A stretch of DNA of 58,293 nucleotides from Nemertoderma westbladi (lineage: Eukaryota; Animalia; Xenacoelomorpha). Position 1 is the first letter of the stretch; each line of letters opens with the position of its first letter. The position numbers and the translations under genes are program-made. Under the pieces are notes generated by a model that was not told the DNA's origin, ran no database searches, and saw only the letters and a program-made list of their open reading frames with translations. The stretch covers positions 1 to 58,293 of the forward strand of contig JAUCBJ010007757.1 of assembly GCA_032718475.1 (NCBI GenBank), in the 5' to 3' direction. Of the stretch, positions 57,485 to 58,293 are shown piece by piece.

Positions 57485-58293
57485 ACCCCCCCCAACGGGT
57501 ACTTCCTTCCTCACCATGCCGTGGTCCAGCATGGAAAGACTCGGGTCATCTTCAATGGGGCAAAGAAATCTCCTAATGGCCTCTCGATCAATGACTGTCT
57601 GAAGACGGGGGCCAAATCTCCTACCATTACTCTTCAACTGTGGCCATACGTTTCAGAGTCCTACCCTTGTGTGGCCGTCGGGGATATAGTGAAGGCCTTC
57701 CACCAAATCTCGATCGCAGACCACGACCGCGACTATCTCTGCATTCGGTGGCAAGACGAGGATGGAGAGGTGTTGAACACACTTCGTGCACCTCCCCTTC
57801 GACCTAAACTGCTCCTCGAGCGCTCTACAAGCCACTCTACGGGTTCTGTTCGGCCTACCCGAGGACTCTGCCCTTCCTCTACCAGTCCCGGACACTGACC
57901 ACTCGGTCGTTCAAACCCCAGGTCAGTGCCCTCTCGTTCGGTGAACCTCAGGTCAGTGAACCCTCGGTTCGTCGAACTCATGGTCGATGACACCTCGATT
58001 GTCAAAACCCAGGTCGATGACCCATCGGCCCCCACACTCTCTCACGTCTCATTGAGAGCCTCTACGTCGATGACGTGGTGTTAGAGGGAGAGACTCCATC
58101 ACACGTGAACACACTCAGAGTGACTCTCACTGAACTGTTGTCTCGCGCCTCGATGAACCTTCACAAGTGGAGGTCAACGAACCCCACTTGTGACGAGGAG
58201 AGTCTCCCAACTCGAGTACTGGGGATCCCTTGGGACCCCATCTCAGACGAAATCTCGGTCAACCCTTGATAACGTGACCCCCCCCCCCCCCCC
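57485..58293 (+). pseudogene. Continuation of the degenerate RT of the second BEL/Pao family
   Basis: YFLPHHAV, KTRVIFNG, SINDCL, GDIVKAFHQI, DRDYL, LYVDD, MNLHKW, RVLGIPWD. Confidence 0.9.

Overview
Animal (probably invertebrate) genomic window dominated by nested transposons around two apparently intronless, convergent host genes (TTC29-like, +; OGG1, -). The main element is an unusually large BEL/Pao LTR retrotransposon (33531-57484; about 24 kb, about 17.6 kb without nested inserts; 1.18-kb LTRs). It has a ~760-aa N-terminal gag extension, no canonical tRNA primer-binding site, and a 4.6-kb post-pol region with two RFX X-box-like sites, a long G-U-rich hairpin and a 591-aa Cys/His-knuckle accessory ORF whose C-terminus is conserved in a second copy. 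It is inserted in the RT of a degenerate, different BEL/Pao element. Its leader carries three same-orientation Helentron-like inserts whose 315-bp tandem repeats hold about 28 CTCF-like sites. The left third holds further copies of the large family, an 8-kb deleted Maverick/Polinton (6-bp TSD; degenerate dUTPase with a hydrophobic N-terminal segment, truncated pPolB) and a THAP/P-like element. Several palindromic MITE-like elements flank the host genes. All family and protein assignments come from motif recognition by eye; no searches were run.
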